A stretch of DNA of 46,049 bases from Gammaproteobacteria bacterium (GTDB lineage Bacteria; Pseudomonadota; Gammaproteobacteria; Acidiferrobacterales; SZUA-150): positions 1 to 46,049 of the forward strand of contig JAOUNW010000002.1 of NCBI GenBank assembly GCA_029880755.1, in the 5' to 3' direction. Numbering within the stretch: position 1 is the stretch's first letter; each line of letters starts with the position of its first letter. The notes beneath the pieces were generated by a model. That model saw only the letters and a program-made list of their open reading frames with translations, was not told the DNA's origin and did no database searches. Below are positions 8,069 to 16,418 of this stretch, in pieces. The translations under genes and the position numbers were made by a program.

Positions 8069-10555
8069 ATGATCCCGGAATACCCCAAAGTTTCTAGCGA
8101 CACCCAGATCAGTCTTCCTATCAAGATCACTATGATCGTGTTTTGGAGTCTGGTGATGACTGGCATGTTGGTCTACCTGCTATTGGTCCAACACAATGAA
8201 CTGGATATGGCGGAAAAACTGTCTCAGAAAACCGAGATCGCCGCGCACCGGATTCATTCGGTATTAGTTCACGACGAAAAACAATTCTCTAAAAAAGAAT
8301 TTCTCGAGCTACTGGAACAGGTCCGCAGTCAACTGGATTTTTCCGCTATTAAGATCAAGCCGCTAGATATTAATGCGCTTGAATTTGGCAACGACTCCAT
8401 ATTTCCCCTGAGCACAGGATCAGCAACACCTGACCTTGTCAGCCAGCGTCACATTCTGGATGTCCATTCTAAAAACGGGGACCACCAGTCGGTTGAGCTT
8501 ATTCTTTATTACCCGGATCCAAAGAAACTCATGGCACAAAAACGAAAGAATCTTTTTCTTGGGATAGGCACCTTTCTGCTTGCATTCGGTATCATCCTGG
8601 CCATGATTCTACAGCAAATTATTGCTAAACCTTTCTCCGCGATGGTTTATTCAGCAAAGGCCTTTTCAGACGGTGATCACGACTCCCGTTTTAATACGAA
8701 TCAATCCGCCGAGTTTGGTTATCTGGCTTCGTTTTTTAACCGAATCCTGGATAAGCTCTTATCCCAGAGAGATGAATTACAATCTGCCTTGAATAGGGTG
8801 AAAGCATCTGAAGCGGAGCTATTTCAGGAAAAGGAGCGTGTGGAGGTTACTCTCCATTCTATTGGTGACGCTGTCATTACAACCGACAGAAACGGTTCAA
8901 TTAATTATATGAATCCTGTCGCTGAAGCGCTTCTCAATATCAGTGATACCGAAGCCAAGGGAAAACCTATATCGGATATCTTGTCTCTGCTTGAAGAGAA
9001 TGAGGCCAGGTCACCTATTAGCAATCCGATCTCTGCTTGCCTTAACACCAATGAAGTCGTCGAAAAAACCGAAAACATTGTCGCTGTCACACCCGACGGA
9101 AACCGCATAGCGGTCAGCCTTACTGTTTCTCCAATAAGAAGTGCCTCTGGCAATGTTATTGGTACCGTCATGGTACTGCATAATATGGAACAAAACCGAG
9201 CACTATCTCGGCAACTCTCTTACCAGGCTAGCCACGATGAATTGACCGGTCTTTATAATCGCCGGGCATTTGAACAGTTCTTGCAATCGGCAATCGATTC
9301 GGCCATATCCGAAGGTCATCAACATGCGCTATGTTATCTGGATCTGGATCAGTTCAAAATTGTCAATGATACCTGTGGCCATATTGCTGGCGACGAACTC
9401 CTAAAACAGCTTGCCGGATTGCTCAAAGAGCAGTTTAGAGATAGCGATATATTAGCTCGCCTGGGCGGCGATGAGTTTGGCTTAATTCTGCACCATTGCG
9501 ACCCGGAAAAGGCCCTGCGTAAAACCGAAAAAATACACGAACTGATAGCCAGTTTCCGCTTCTATTGGGACTCGCATGTGTTTGAGGCCGGCGCCAGCAG
9601 CGGACTGGTATCTATTACGTCGGACACCCGCACCCTGGATCAAATACTGGGTTCAGCTGATATCGCCTGTTATGCAGCCAAGGAAAAAGGCCGTAATCGA
9701 ATCCATGTATATCAGCCTGACGATGATGAATTAAAACAACGCCGCGGCGAAATGCGATGGGTGTCCCGTATCAAGGAGGCCCTGGAACAGGATCGTCTCC
9801 AGCTCTACTATCAACCCATCGCTGAAGTAAACGACATCCATTCCAGATATATACATTTTGAAGTATTGGTTCGCATGCTGGACAAAGACAATAAACTCAT
9901 CCCGCCAATGAATTTTATACCTGCTGCTGAGCGCTTTAACTTAATGCCGGCAATTGACCGCTGGGTGATCAGTCACGTTTTTAGCTTCCTTAAACGCAAT
10001 ATTCATTCCAAATGCTCATATTTATGCTGTATTAATCTTTCAGGACAATCGTTAGGGGATGATAATTTTCAGCAATTTATTGTCGATGGTATTCGACAAA
10101 ATCACATTTCTCCTGAAAATATCTGTTTTGAGATTACCGAAACTGCTGCTATTACCAATCTGGCCAGGGCCAGAGTCTTTATGAAAACATTGCGCGCCAT
10201 GGGCTGCAAGTTTTCACTGGATGATTTTGGTAGCGGCCTAAGTTCCTTCTCCTATTTGAAGGAGCTGTCGGTTGATTTTCTAAAGATTGATGGCGTATTT
10301 ATTCGGGACATGGCCCAAAATCCCATCGACTACGCCATGGTAGAAGCAGTTAACCGTATCGGGCATGTGATGCGACTTCAAACTATTGCTGAATTCGTCG
10401 AGAACGATGAAATACTAAAGCAGCTACACCTATTGGGAATTAACTATGCCCAAGGATATGGTATCGCACGTCCCGCTCCTATAGAACAGTTATTGGACAT
10501 GATTAAAGCAAAAGGAATTCCTTTAACCGTCCCCTCCAGAAAAACAGATAATTAA
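8069..10555 (+). CDS. Membrane-bound HAMP-PAS-GGDEF-EAL c-di-GMP turnover protein
   Basis: Two TM segments flank a domain of about 150 aa, followed by PAS (SIGDAVITTD). The GGDEF motif is intact, with an RxxD I-site 5 residues upstream (RDSDILARLGGDEF). EAL-domain motifs are EVLVR, EITE, DDFGSG, KIDG and QGY. The start was moved to the ATG at 8069, just after the stop of the upstream gene. Confidence 0.85.
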   Translation: MIPEYPKVSSDTQISLPIKITMIVFWSLVMTGMLVYLLLVQHNELDMAEKLSQKTEIAAHRIHSVLVHDEKQFSKKEFLELLEQVRSQLDFSAIKIKPLDINALEFGNDSIFPLSTGSATPDLVSQRHILDVHSKNGDHQSVELILYYPDPKKLMAQKRKNLFLGIGTFLLAFGIILAMILQQIIAKPFSAMVYSAKAFSDGDHDSRFNTNQSAEFGYLASFFNRILDKLLSQRDELQSALNRVKASEAELFQEKERVEVTLHSIGDAVITTDRNGSINYMNPVAEALLNISDTEAKGKPISDILSLLEENEARSPISNPISACLNTNEVVEKTENIVAVTPDGNRIAVSLTVSPIRSASGNVIGTVMVLHNMEQNRALSRQLSYQASHDELTGLYNRRAFEQFLQSAIDSAISEGHQHALCYLDLDQFKIVNDTCGHIAGDELLKQLAGLLKEQFRDSDILARLGGDEFGLILHHCDPEKALRKTEKIHELIASFRFYWDSHVFEAGASSGLVSITSDTRTLDQILGSADIACYAAKEKGRNRIHVYQPDDDELKQRRGEMRWVSRIKEALEQDRLQLYYQPIAEVNDIHSRYIHFEVLVRMLDKDNKLIPPMNFIPAAERFNLMPAIDRWVISHVFSFLKRNIHSKCSYLCCINLSGQSLGDDNFQQFIVDGIRQNHISPENICFEITETAAITNLARARVFMKTLRAMGCKFSLDDFGSGLSSFSYLKELSVDFLKIDGVFIRDMAQNPIDYAMVEAVNRIGHVMRLQTIAEFVENDEILKQLHLLGINYAQGYGIARPAPIEQLLDMIKAKGIPLTVPSRKTDN

Positions 10556-10556
10556 C

Positions 10557-11405
10557 CTATTCCCCAGTGGCAACAGGCCTCGCACTGTTCGTTATCCATT
10601 CGCTCCAACTACCCGCATACAACTTGGCCCCTGTCAGACCGGCGTGCTCCATTGCCAGAATATTATGGCAGGCAGTTACGCCTGAACCACACATATGAAT
10701 CACTTTTTCTGGCGCAAGGCCGCCCAAACGAGCTATGTATTCCTGTCGTAGTTCGTCGGGTGACAGAAAATCCCCTCCCAAATTCAGATTGTCTTCGTAG
10801 GGCAGATTGACTGCGCCCGGCACATGTCCTGCCACCGTGTCCAATGGTTCCACTTCGCCGGAAAAGCGCTCTTCCGAGCGCGCATCAAACAGAACTGTAT
10901 TATTGTCATTCAGCGCCTGCTGCACAGTATGAGCGTCCACCCATAATTCATCATGCAGGCTGTAATCGAACTTCGCCGTAACAATGCTGGGTTTATCGGC
11001 AGTGACTGGCCTCTTCTCCCGAAGCCATTTCGGGTATACGCCGTCCAGAAGTGCGACGTTACCATGGCCCAGCCAACGTAGTAACCACCACATTCGACTA
11101 GCCATGGCGCCAAAGGCATCGTCGTAGACAACTACTTGAGTTTGATTTCCCACTCCCCATTGACCCAGTTTCTTTGATAATAATTCCGGATCAGGCAAGG
11201 GGTGTCGGCCTGAACCCTCAGTAATAGGTGATGACAAATCGTTATCAAGATGTACGTAACGTGCGCCCAAAATGTGCGCCTTGTCGTAAGCAGACTGACC
11301 GGCATCCGGATTAGTTAAGGTAAAGCGACAATCAAATACAACCCAATCCGGATCATCGAGATGCCGGGCAAGAGTATCCGTGCTGACTAGCGTGGTGTAG
11401 AGCAT
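10557..11405 (-). CDS. sseA: 3-mercaptopyruvate/thiosulfate sulfurtransferase (tandem rhodanese, SseA type)
   Basis: Two rhodanese modules. The active-site loop CGSGVTAC matches the CG(S/T)GVTA mercaptopyruvate-type signature. Confidence 0.8.
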   Translation of the reverse strand: MLYTTLVSTDTLARHLDDPDWVVFDCRFTLTNPDAGQSAYDKAHILGARYVHLDNDLSSPITEGSGRHPLPDPELLSKKLGQWGVGNQTQVVVYDDAFGAMASRMWWLLRWLGHGNVALLDGVYPKWLREKRPVTADKPSIVTAKFDYSLHDELWVDAHTVQQALNDNNTVLFDARSEERFSGEVEPLDTVAGHVPGAVNLPYEDNLNLGGDFLSPDELRQEYIARLGGLAPEKVIHMCGSGVTACHNILAMEHAGLTGAKLYAGSWSEWITNSARPVATGE

Positions 11406-11449
11406 AAAATAAAAACAGGATACAAGCCGCCATTAAGGCCTGTATCCTG
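11404..11449 (-). terminator. Rho-independent terminator of the upstream minus-strand operon
   Basis: The minus strand reads CAGGATACA-(16 nt)-TGTATCCTG followed by TTTTTATTTT. The U-tract runs directly into the sseA ATG. Confidence 0.75.
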
Positions 11450-11486
11450 TAGTGTTATGTAGAAGATAATTCTGAATGCCAGCGAG

Positions 11487-11825
11487 TTAATATCCACCTT
11501 TACGACGCGACTCCGGCAAACCGGCAATACGGCCACCCTGTTTGCTGGGATCCTTTGGGAACAAGTCATACACATCCTTCTGGCTAATCTTACCACCCCA
11601 TTTATCAGACATTGCTTTAACGATATTTCGCGTGTTTGGCTGATTGCCATTATTATTAATGAATTCATCCCTGAGAAACTCAATCAGGTCCCAGTGCTTT
11701 TGGGTAAGATCGAGACCCTCTTCCTTGGCCAGATGTTCACCCAGCTCCTTGGTCCAGTCGCCGTGATCCACCAAATAACCGTTTGCAGTAGTTTCGATAG
11801 TTTTTCCATTAAATTCAATTGCCAT
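11487..11825 (-). CDS. DsrC/TusE-family protein lacking both conserved C-terminal cysteines (RspA-like)
   Basis: Collinear with the bona fide DsrC at 18684..19019 (GKTI..GYL...W......A..EG..LT..HW..I.FLR......P..R......AGLP). It ends AGLPESRRKGGY instead of AGLPKPTGCV. The internal QACKYAGLP is QGGRIAGLP here. SD GAGGGGG lies upstream. Confidence 0.8.
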   Translation of the reverse strand: MAIEFNGKTIETTANGYLVDHGDWTKELGEHLAKEEGLDLTQKHWDLIEFLRDEFINNNGNQPNTRNIVKAMSDKWGGKISQKDVYDLFPKDPSKQGGRIAGLPESRRKGGY

Positions 11826-11875
11826 TGGTATTCCCCCTCTAAGTAACTGAAAGATGGCAGGTTAAACAAAAAAAT

Positions 11876-12556
11876 TTACATAGTTTGTTCAGGCGACACT
11901 TCAGCGATATCCTTGTGCGGCACAAACAACCCGCAACCCAGATGCCGGAAGGGACCTAACCCTACCTGCTGAAGCTTCACTGAGTCTTTCACATCAAGTT
12001 CGGCCACCATTAAACTGCGCGTCGTCAGACTGCGCTCAGGTGTCCGAATAATTCTTTTCTTACCCGGTAACATTTTGTGCGGGCGTATTCCAATTTGCGC
12101 CAATTGCGCCACAACATTATCCATAAACACCGTTTCATCATCCTCGCTAACGACGTAACGGGAAAATACCGTAGTAATGTTGCTGAGTGCTCGCCGGTTC
12201 ACCTTGAGCACTTCCATGGCATTGCCTGCAACATCCAGAGTCTTGCCTACCAATGTATTTGCGTCAGCCTCCCGCTCTTTTGGCAGTCTCAAAATCAGGC
12301 GGGTACGCCGGGAAAGGTGGAGTATATCGTCTGGATTCTCCGGGCGCATCCATCCGTTGCCCATTTCGGAAATATGCAAGGGATGAACCCCGGCACCGGT
12401 TTCCTGTGCAAGCCATGGCAACTCCCTGAGTAAAGCGGCAGACAATGCCCAGGCATGATCCACTGGCAACGAGCGACACTGGATATTAAAGACAAGGTCG
12501 ATAATATCCTCGGGAATATTCTGATCCTGATTAGATTTGGTTTCGTTCCAGTACAT
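11876..12556 (-). CDS. Cas6/Cmx6-like RAMP-fold protein (orphan; no CRISPR array or cas neighbours)
   Basis: C-terminal glycine-rich loop GLGPFRHLGCG (nt 11930-11962) fits the Cas6 pattern G-h-G-x5-G-h-G. The N-terminal LPVDHAWALSAALLRELPWL...GVHPL resembles the type I-MYXAN Cas6 family from memory. Its ATG abuts the TGA of the upstream gene. Confidence 0.6.
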   Translation of the reverse strand: MYWNETKSNQDQNIPEDIIDLVFNIQCRSLPVDHAWALSAALLRELPWLAQETGAGVHPLHISEMGNGWMRPENPDDILHLSRRTRLILRLPKEREADANTLVGKTLDVAGNAMEVLKVNRRALSNITTVFSRYVVSEDDETVFMDNVVAQLAQIGIRPHKMLPGKKRIIRTPERSLTTRSLMVAELDVKDSVKLQQVGLGPFRHLGCGLFVPHKDIAEVSPEQTM

Positions 12557-13264
12557 TCAGTTTACCGGGAGTTTCTCACTCAACATGTCGCGGTCAAACC
12601 ACCAGTCGTTTTGCACCATGACATCGACAATATTGCGCAGTCTGGGCAGGAACAGGGACGGGTCATGTAGTTCCATTTTCCGGAACCAGACATCAAAGGC
12701 TTCCTGGGTCTCAATTTTGCTATGGCGCCGGGCTACAGTACCCATAAGGTTTCCGGTAAAAAATAACAGGTCGTCGCGTTTCTTCCCGTCGCAGCGCATA
12801 TCTACCACGTAGTGGGCCGCCGCCATGGCCACGGCGGCGCCATCGGAATCATCGGGCGTTTCATCCACAATGTGCTGCAATAAAGCCACCGTCACTTCCG
12901 GATCGATGGGATAGGTCACGCCCAGCCAAATCCCCTGACCCAGGGCCGCCAGGGATTCCGCCTGATCGGCCTTAAACATAACATCGCAGGCAATCGCGGC
13001 ATGCTCGAAATCTTCGGCCGTCATCATAACGTCGAATACCTGGCGAGCCAGATCAAAGGCCTCACTGCCCCGCTCCAGATCCACCAGTGTACCGGCTATC
13101 AATAATTCCAACTCGGCTCGTTCTCTTGGCTCATGCCCAGGAGCCAGGGCCTCAATCTGGCGCTGGGTAGCATCAATCTGCTGCTCCAGTCGGATAGTGG
13201 AAGACAGTGCATCTTCAGCACCGTCGGCATCCAGCATGCCTGTATCATCATTTATGTATTTCAT
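12557..13264 (-). CDS. Hypothetical acidic, probably all-helical protein (about 235 aa)
   Basis: Long ORF. Its stop TGA (12557-12559) abuts the start of the next gene. I prefer the ATG at 13264; the listed ORF starts at the TTG at 13270. Confidence 0.6.
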   Translation of the reverse strand: MKYINDDTGMLDADGAEDALSSTIRLEQQIDATQRQIEALAPGHEPRERAELELLIAGTLVDLERGSEAFDLARQVFDVMMTAEDFEHAAIACDVMFKADQAESLAALGQGIWLGVTYPIDPEVTVALLQHIVDETPDDSDGAAVAMAAAHYVVDMRCDGKKRDDLLFFTGNLMGTVARRHSKIETQEAFDVWFRKMELHDPSLFLPRLRNIVDVMVQNDWWFDRDMLSEKLPVN

Positions 13265-13289
13265 TACCAATCTCTAAAATATTTCTCAT

Positions 13290-13487
13290 TTAACGAGTTA
13301 CCGAATTGACACCCACAAAGGCGCCTTCCAGCTGATCTTCCCAATTAGGCGGCGTATCCGGAAAAGACGGCTTAACGTCCATCTTGAAAAACATTTCCGA
13401 ACCGGCTTTTTCCCTTACAATGTTCAAAAGCCCATCAAATGTTTCCAGCTCATGATGCTGAATCAGTATTTCGCTAAGATATAACAT
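13290..13487 (-). CDS. Small hypothetical protein (65 aa)
   Basis: This is the internal-Met portion (MLYLSEILIQHH...) of the listed ORF 13290..13673. GAGG-containing sequence lies upstream. It fills the gap between the TauD-like gene and the next gene without overlap. Confidence 0.4.
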   Translation of the reverse strand: MLYLSEILIQHHELETFDGLLNIVREKAGSEMFFKMDVKPSFPDTPPNWEDQLEGAFVGVNSVTR

Positions 13488-13506
13488 GTCCTGCCTCTTC
13501 CATTCA

Positions 13507-14460
13507 TCAATAAACGGGTTCAGTGCCCTGGATGCGATCATAATACCGGGCGCGGAATAGCAATCGCTGGCTACCGGTATCCGGATCGTCGGTAAATGCC
13601 GTCCGGCTATGTAACACATTATTGCAAAGCAGTCCTTGCCCGCTCGACAAACGATGCCGAAAAATATAACCAAAAGTACCCGCCAGTACTGTTTCCAGAA
13701 ATCTCACAGCTTCCTGAGTCAGCTCATCCTGTTTCCACTCAATACTGCGCGTTCTGGCTGTATAACGCATATGCAATGCACCGCTTTGCGGGTCGATGGA
13801 AAACACCGGGCCGGTTTGAGCGGGACGCAGTTGCTCCGGCCCCGTTTCCGTATTCTCCGGAATAGTCATAATATCCTGCGCCATCAATGCCCGAATAAAA
13901 TCCGGGTTATGCTCCCTAATTAATAAGTATGCAATTTCGTGGTCCATAAGTCCGTTTTCGCCGCCCGTCGCCGCTGGCGTTGCACAGTGTAGCAACATCG
14001 CCCGAATCTGCCGCTCAGGAGGATTGTAATAACCGTCGGTATGCCACAGTATTCGCTTATCGGTATAAGGGATGTAGCCGCGCAGGGATTTACCCGGCAC
14101 TACCGTTAGCGAGGTAATCCCGTCATCATCCGCCAGTAAGTTGGGATCCAGACGCTGCAGACCAAACGCCTGCCCGACGGCTCTTGCCGCGTCCTTGTCT
14201 TCCCTCGCCGACATGCACTCATATATGACAAAATTACACTTGCGCACCCGGCTCAACATGGCGCCATGCTCGTTTCTACTAAGTGCGTAGGGGTTATCGA
14301 GCTCTACCAGTAATTCCTCCAAACGGGAGGGATAATTCTGCAACTTGCCATCGCGCCAACGCTTGTAGCCGTCTTCATTTTTCAATGAAAAAGGACTCTG
14401 CTGGCTCCTTGCTGAACTCGTGGGGTCTGTTACAGCCATTTTCTGTCTCAAATTACCCAT
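13507..14460 (-). CDS. TauD/TfdA-family Fe(II)/2-oxoglutarate dioxygenase
   Basis: WHTDG (HxD) plus a distal NNVLHSRTAF His and an RLLFRARY Arg. Size is 317 aa. It is the first gene of the minus-strand operon. Confidence 0.7.
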   Translation of the reverse strand: MGNLRQKMAVTDPTSSARSQQSPFSLKNEDGYKRWRDGKLQNYPSRLEELLVELDNPYALSRNEHGAMLSRVRKCNFVIYECMSAREDKDAARAVGQAFGLQRLDPNLLADDDGITSLTVVPGKSLRGYIPYTDKRILWHTDGYYNPPERQIRAMLLHCATPAATGGENGLMDHEIAYLLIREHNPDFIRALMAQDIMTIPENTETGPEQLRPAQTGPVFSIDPQSGALHMRYTARTRSIEWKQDELTQEAVRFLETVLAGTFGYIFRHRLSSGQGLLCNNVLHSRTAFTDDPDTGSQRLLFRARYYDRIQGTEPVY

Positions 14461-14647
14461 CAGGCGTTACTGAAAACGACTTAAAATATGGGGGACAAAA
14501 TCGACAAGACAAGCGTAAAATCCCACCCACAGTTGATATCTTGAGCCCGGAATGTAGAAGAATCCGCCGCTAAAAAAAAGCCTGGCTTTTGGGGGAATAC
14601 AGTATTAACCGAGCAGACATCTGGAAATACGTGTGAGACACTCGTAT

Positions 14648-14670
14648 AGAAATAACATTAGAATAACATT
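14648..14670. promoter_or_regulatory. Tandem direct repeat (AGAAATAACATT / AGAATAACATT) in the divergent control region
   Basis: Two adjacent copies of about 11 bp sit inside the AT-rich core of the 545-bp intergenic region between the TauD-like gene and dsrA. Its function is unknown. Confidence 0.3.
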
Positions 14671-15005
14671 GTAACTTATTAATCTATATAGTTTATCATT
14701 CCAATGATCTTATCTGGATCTAATAATCAACTGTCTCTCATATATCTCTTTTGGGGAGGGTAAAGGCTGACTTTATCACCCCCAAAGAAAGATTCTATCG
14801 AAGGGCTGGCAAGACTAGACTTCTGCCAGTTTTTTGCAGCTGAGTGGATGAGTCAGAAATTCCTGGCAAGGTGATGAAAAGATACCCATTGCCTTCACAG
14901 GGAGAAATCTGAATAATATGCGCCCCTTGGCTGCCAAGAGGAGTCGCCCCGCAAAACGCAGGGTGATCTTAAAAAAAGATCCGATTCGCCTGGAGGTAAA
15001 AAACA

Positions 15006-16319
15006 ATGGCTAGCAGCAAACCCAAGAATCCGGAAAAGCACAGCACTTATCTGCCCAAAGAAAAGAAGTCTAGCAAACCGTTCCACAAGACTCCCATGCT
15101 TGATCAGCTGGAGACCGGTCCATGGCCGAGCTTCGTTACTGGTCTCAAGCGTTTGGCGATGAACAATAATATGATGGTCGACCTGCTTGGCCAGCTTGAA
15201 CATTCCTACAACACGCGTCTCGGTTACTGGAAAGGTGGCACAGTGTCAGTTTTCGGTTATGGCGGCGGCATTATTCCGCGCTTCACCGAGCTCATGAATG
15301 CCGATGGCAAGCCAATGTTCCCGGAAGCAAAAGAATTTCATACCTTGCGCGTACAGCCGGCACCTGGTAACCACTACACCACCGCTATGCTGCGCCAGCT
15401 ATCCAATTCCTGGAATAAGTACGGTTCCGGCTTAATCGCTTTCCATGGCCAAACCGGTAATATTATGTTTATCGGCACCACATCTGAGAACACCCAGCAC
15501 TTCTTCGACGAAATCAACGAATACGGTTGGGATCTTGGTGGCGCAGGCCCCTGCGTCAGAACCGGTATGTCCTGCATCGGTGCCGCACGTTGCGAACAAA
15601 GCTGTGCCAATGAACAGAAAATTCACCGCTTACTGGTAAATAATTTTATGGACGACATGCACCGTCCTGCCCTGCCCTACAAGTTTAAATTCAAGGTATC
15701 AGGTTGCCCCAACGACTGCATGAACTCAATTCACCGTTCTGACTTTGCTGTCATCGGTACCTGGCGTGATGACATGAAAGTTGACCAAAAAGAGGTCAAG
15801 GCATTCGTTGAGAAAAAGGGCCGCAAATACGTGATCGATAACGTAATTGCCCGTTGCCCAACCAACGCCCTGTCCTTGAGTGATGACAATACCCTGAATG
15901 TGGATAACCGTAATTGTGTTCGCTGCATGCATTGTATCAATGTCATGACCAAAGCTCTGTCAGTGGGCGACGACCAAGGTGTAACCATTCTTATCGGCGG
16001 AAAACGTACCCTGAAAATTGGTGATACCATGGGCACAGTGATCATTCCTTTCATGAAACTGGAAACAGAAGAAGACTATGAAGGCCTGAAGGAACTCGCT
16101 GAAAATACTATCGACTTCTTTGCAGAAAATGCCCTGGAACACGAACGCACCGGTGAAATGATTGAGCGTATCGGTCTGGTCAACTTCCTGGAAGGCATTG
16201 GTGTCGACGTTGACCCGAACATGGTTAATCACCCGCGCGCAACATCCTACGTTCGTATGGACGACTGGGATATTGAAGCTCAGAAATGGAACGAGCGTAA
16301 AGCAAAAAAGGCTGGTTAA
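15006..16319 (+). CDS. dsrA: Dissimilatory (reverse-type) sulfite reductase alpha subunit
   Basis: TPMLDQLETGPWPSFV N-terminal signature, siroheme/FeS cysteine motifs and a ferredoxin-like insert (CPNDC, CVRCMHC). GGAGG SD at 14992-14996. Context is dsrB-dsrR. Confidence 0.95.
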   Translation: MASSKPKNPEKHSTYLPKEKKSSKPFHKTPMLDQLETGPWPSFVTGLKRLAMNNNMMVDLLGQLEHSYNTRLGYWKGGTVSVFGYGGGIIPRFTELMNADGKPMFPEAKEFHTLRVQPAPGNHYTTAMLRQLSNSWNKYGSGLIAFHGQTGNIMFIGTTSENTQHFFDEINEYGWDLGGAGPCVRTGMSCIGAARCEQSCANEQKIHRLLVNNFMDDMHRPALPYKFKFKVSGCPNDCMNSIHRSDFAVIGTWRDDMKVDQKEVKAFVEKKGRKYVIDNVIARCPTNALSLSDDNTLNVDNRNCVRCMHCINVMTKALSVGDDQGVTILIGGKRTLKIGDTMGTVIIPFMKLETEEDYEGLKELAENTIDFFAENALEHERTGEMIERIGLVNFLEGIGVDVDPNMVNHPRATSYVRMDDWDIEAQKWNERKAKKAG

Positions 16320-16336
16320 TAAAAAAGGCATAACAA

Positions 16337-16368
16337 CAGGCCCGCCCCAACATCATTGAGCGGGCCTG
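16337..16368 (+). promoter_or_regulatory. GC-rich intercistronic hairpin between dsrA and dsrB
   Basis: CAGGCCCGC (16337-16345) pairs with GCGGGCCTG (16360-16368): a 9-bp stem and 14-nt loop, followed by TGTTTAAGAATTT. Confidence 0.6.
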
Positions 16369-16418
16369 TGTTTAAGAATTTAACCAAATACTCAAGTATT
16401 TTACTGGGGGTTTAAAAA

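Noticed and set aside
10553-10559. Convergent stop codons of the GGDEF-EAL and sseA genes separated by one nucleotide, with no terminator
   Set aside because: The observation is real, but tight convergent ends are common. No structure is visible, so it is not treated as a finding.
13488-13673. N-terminal 62 codons of the listed ORF 13290..13673
   Set aside because: This part overlaps the 3' end of the TauD-like gene in another frame. Only the internal-Met portion (13290..13487), which fits the intergenic gap, was kept, and only at low confidence.
11487-14460. CRISPR array or further cas genes near the Cas6-like gene
   Set aside because: I looked for regularly spaced direct repeats of 24-40 nt around this operon and elsewhere in the window and saw none. 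No Cas1, Cas2, Cas3, Cas5 or Cas7-like ORFs are present. No CRISPR feature is called.
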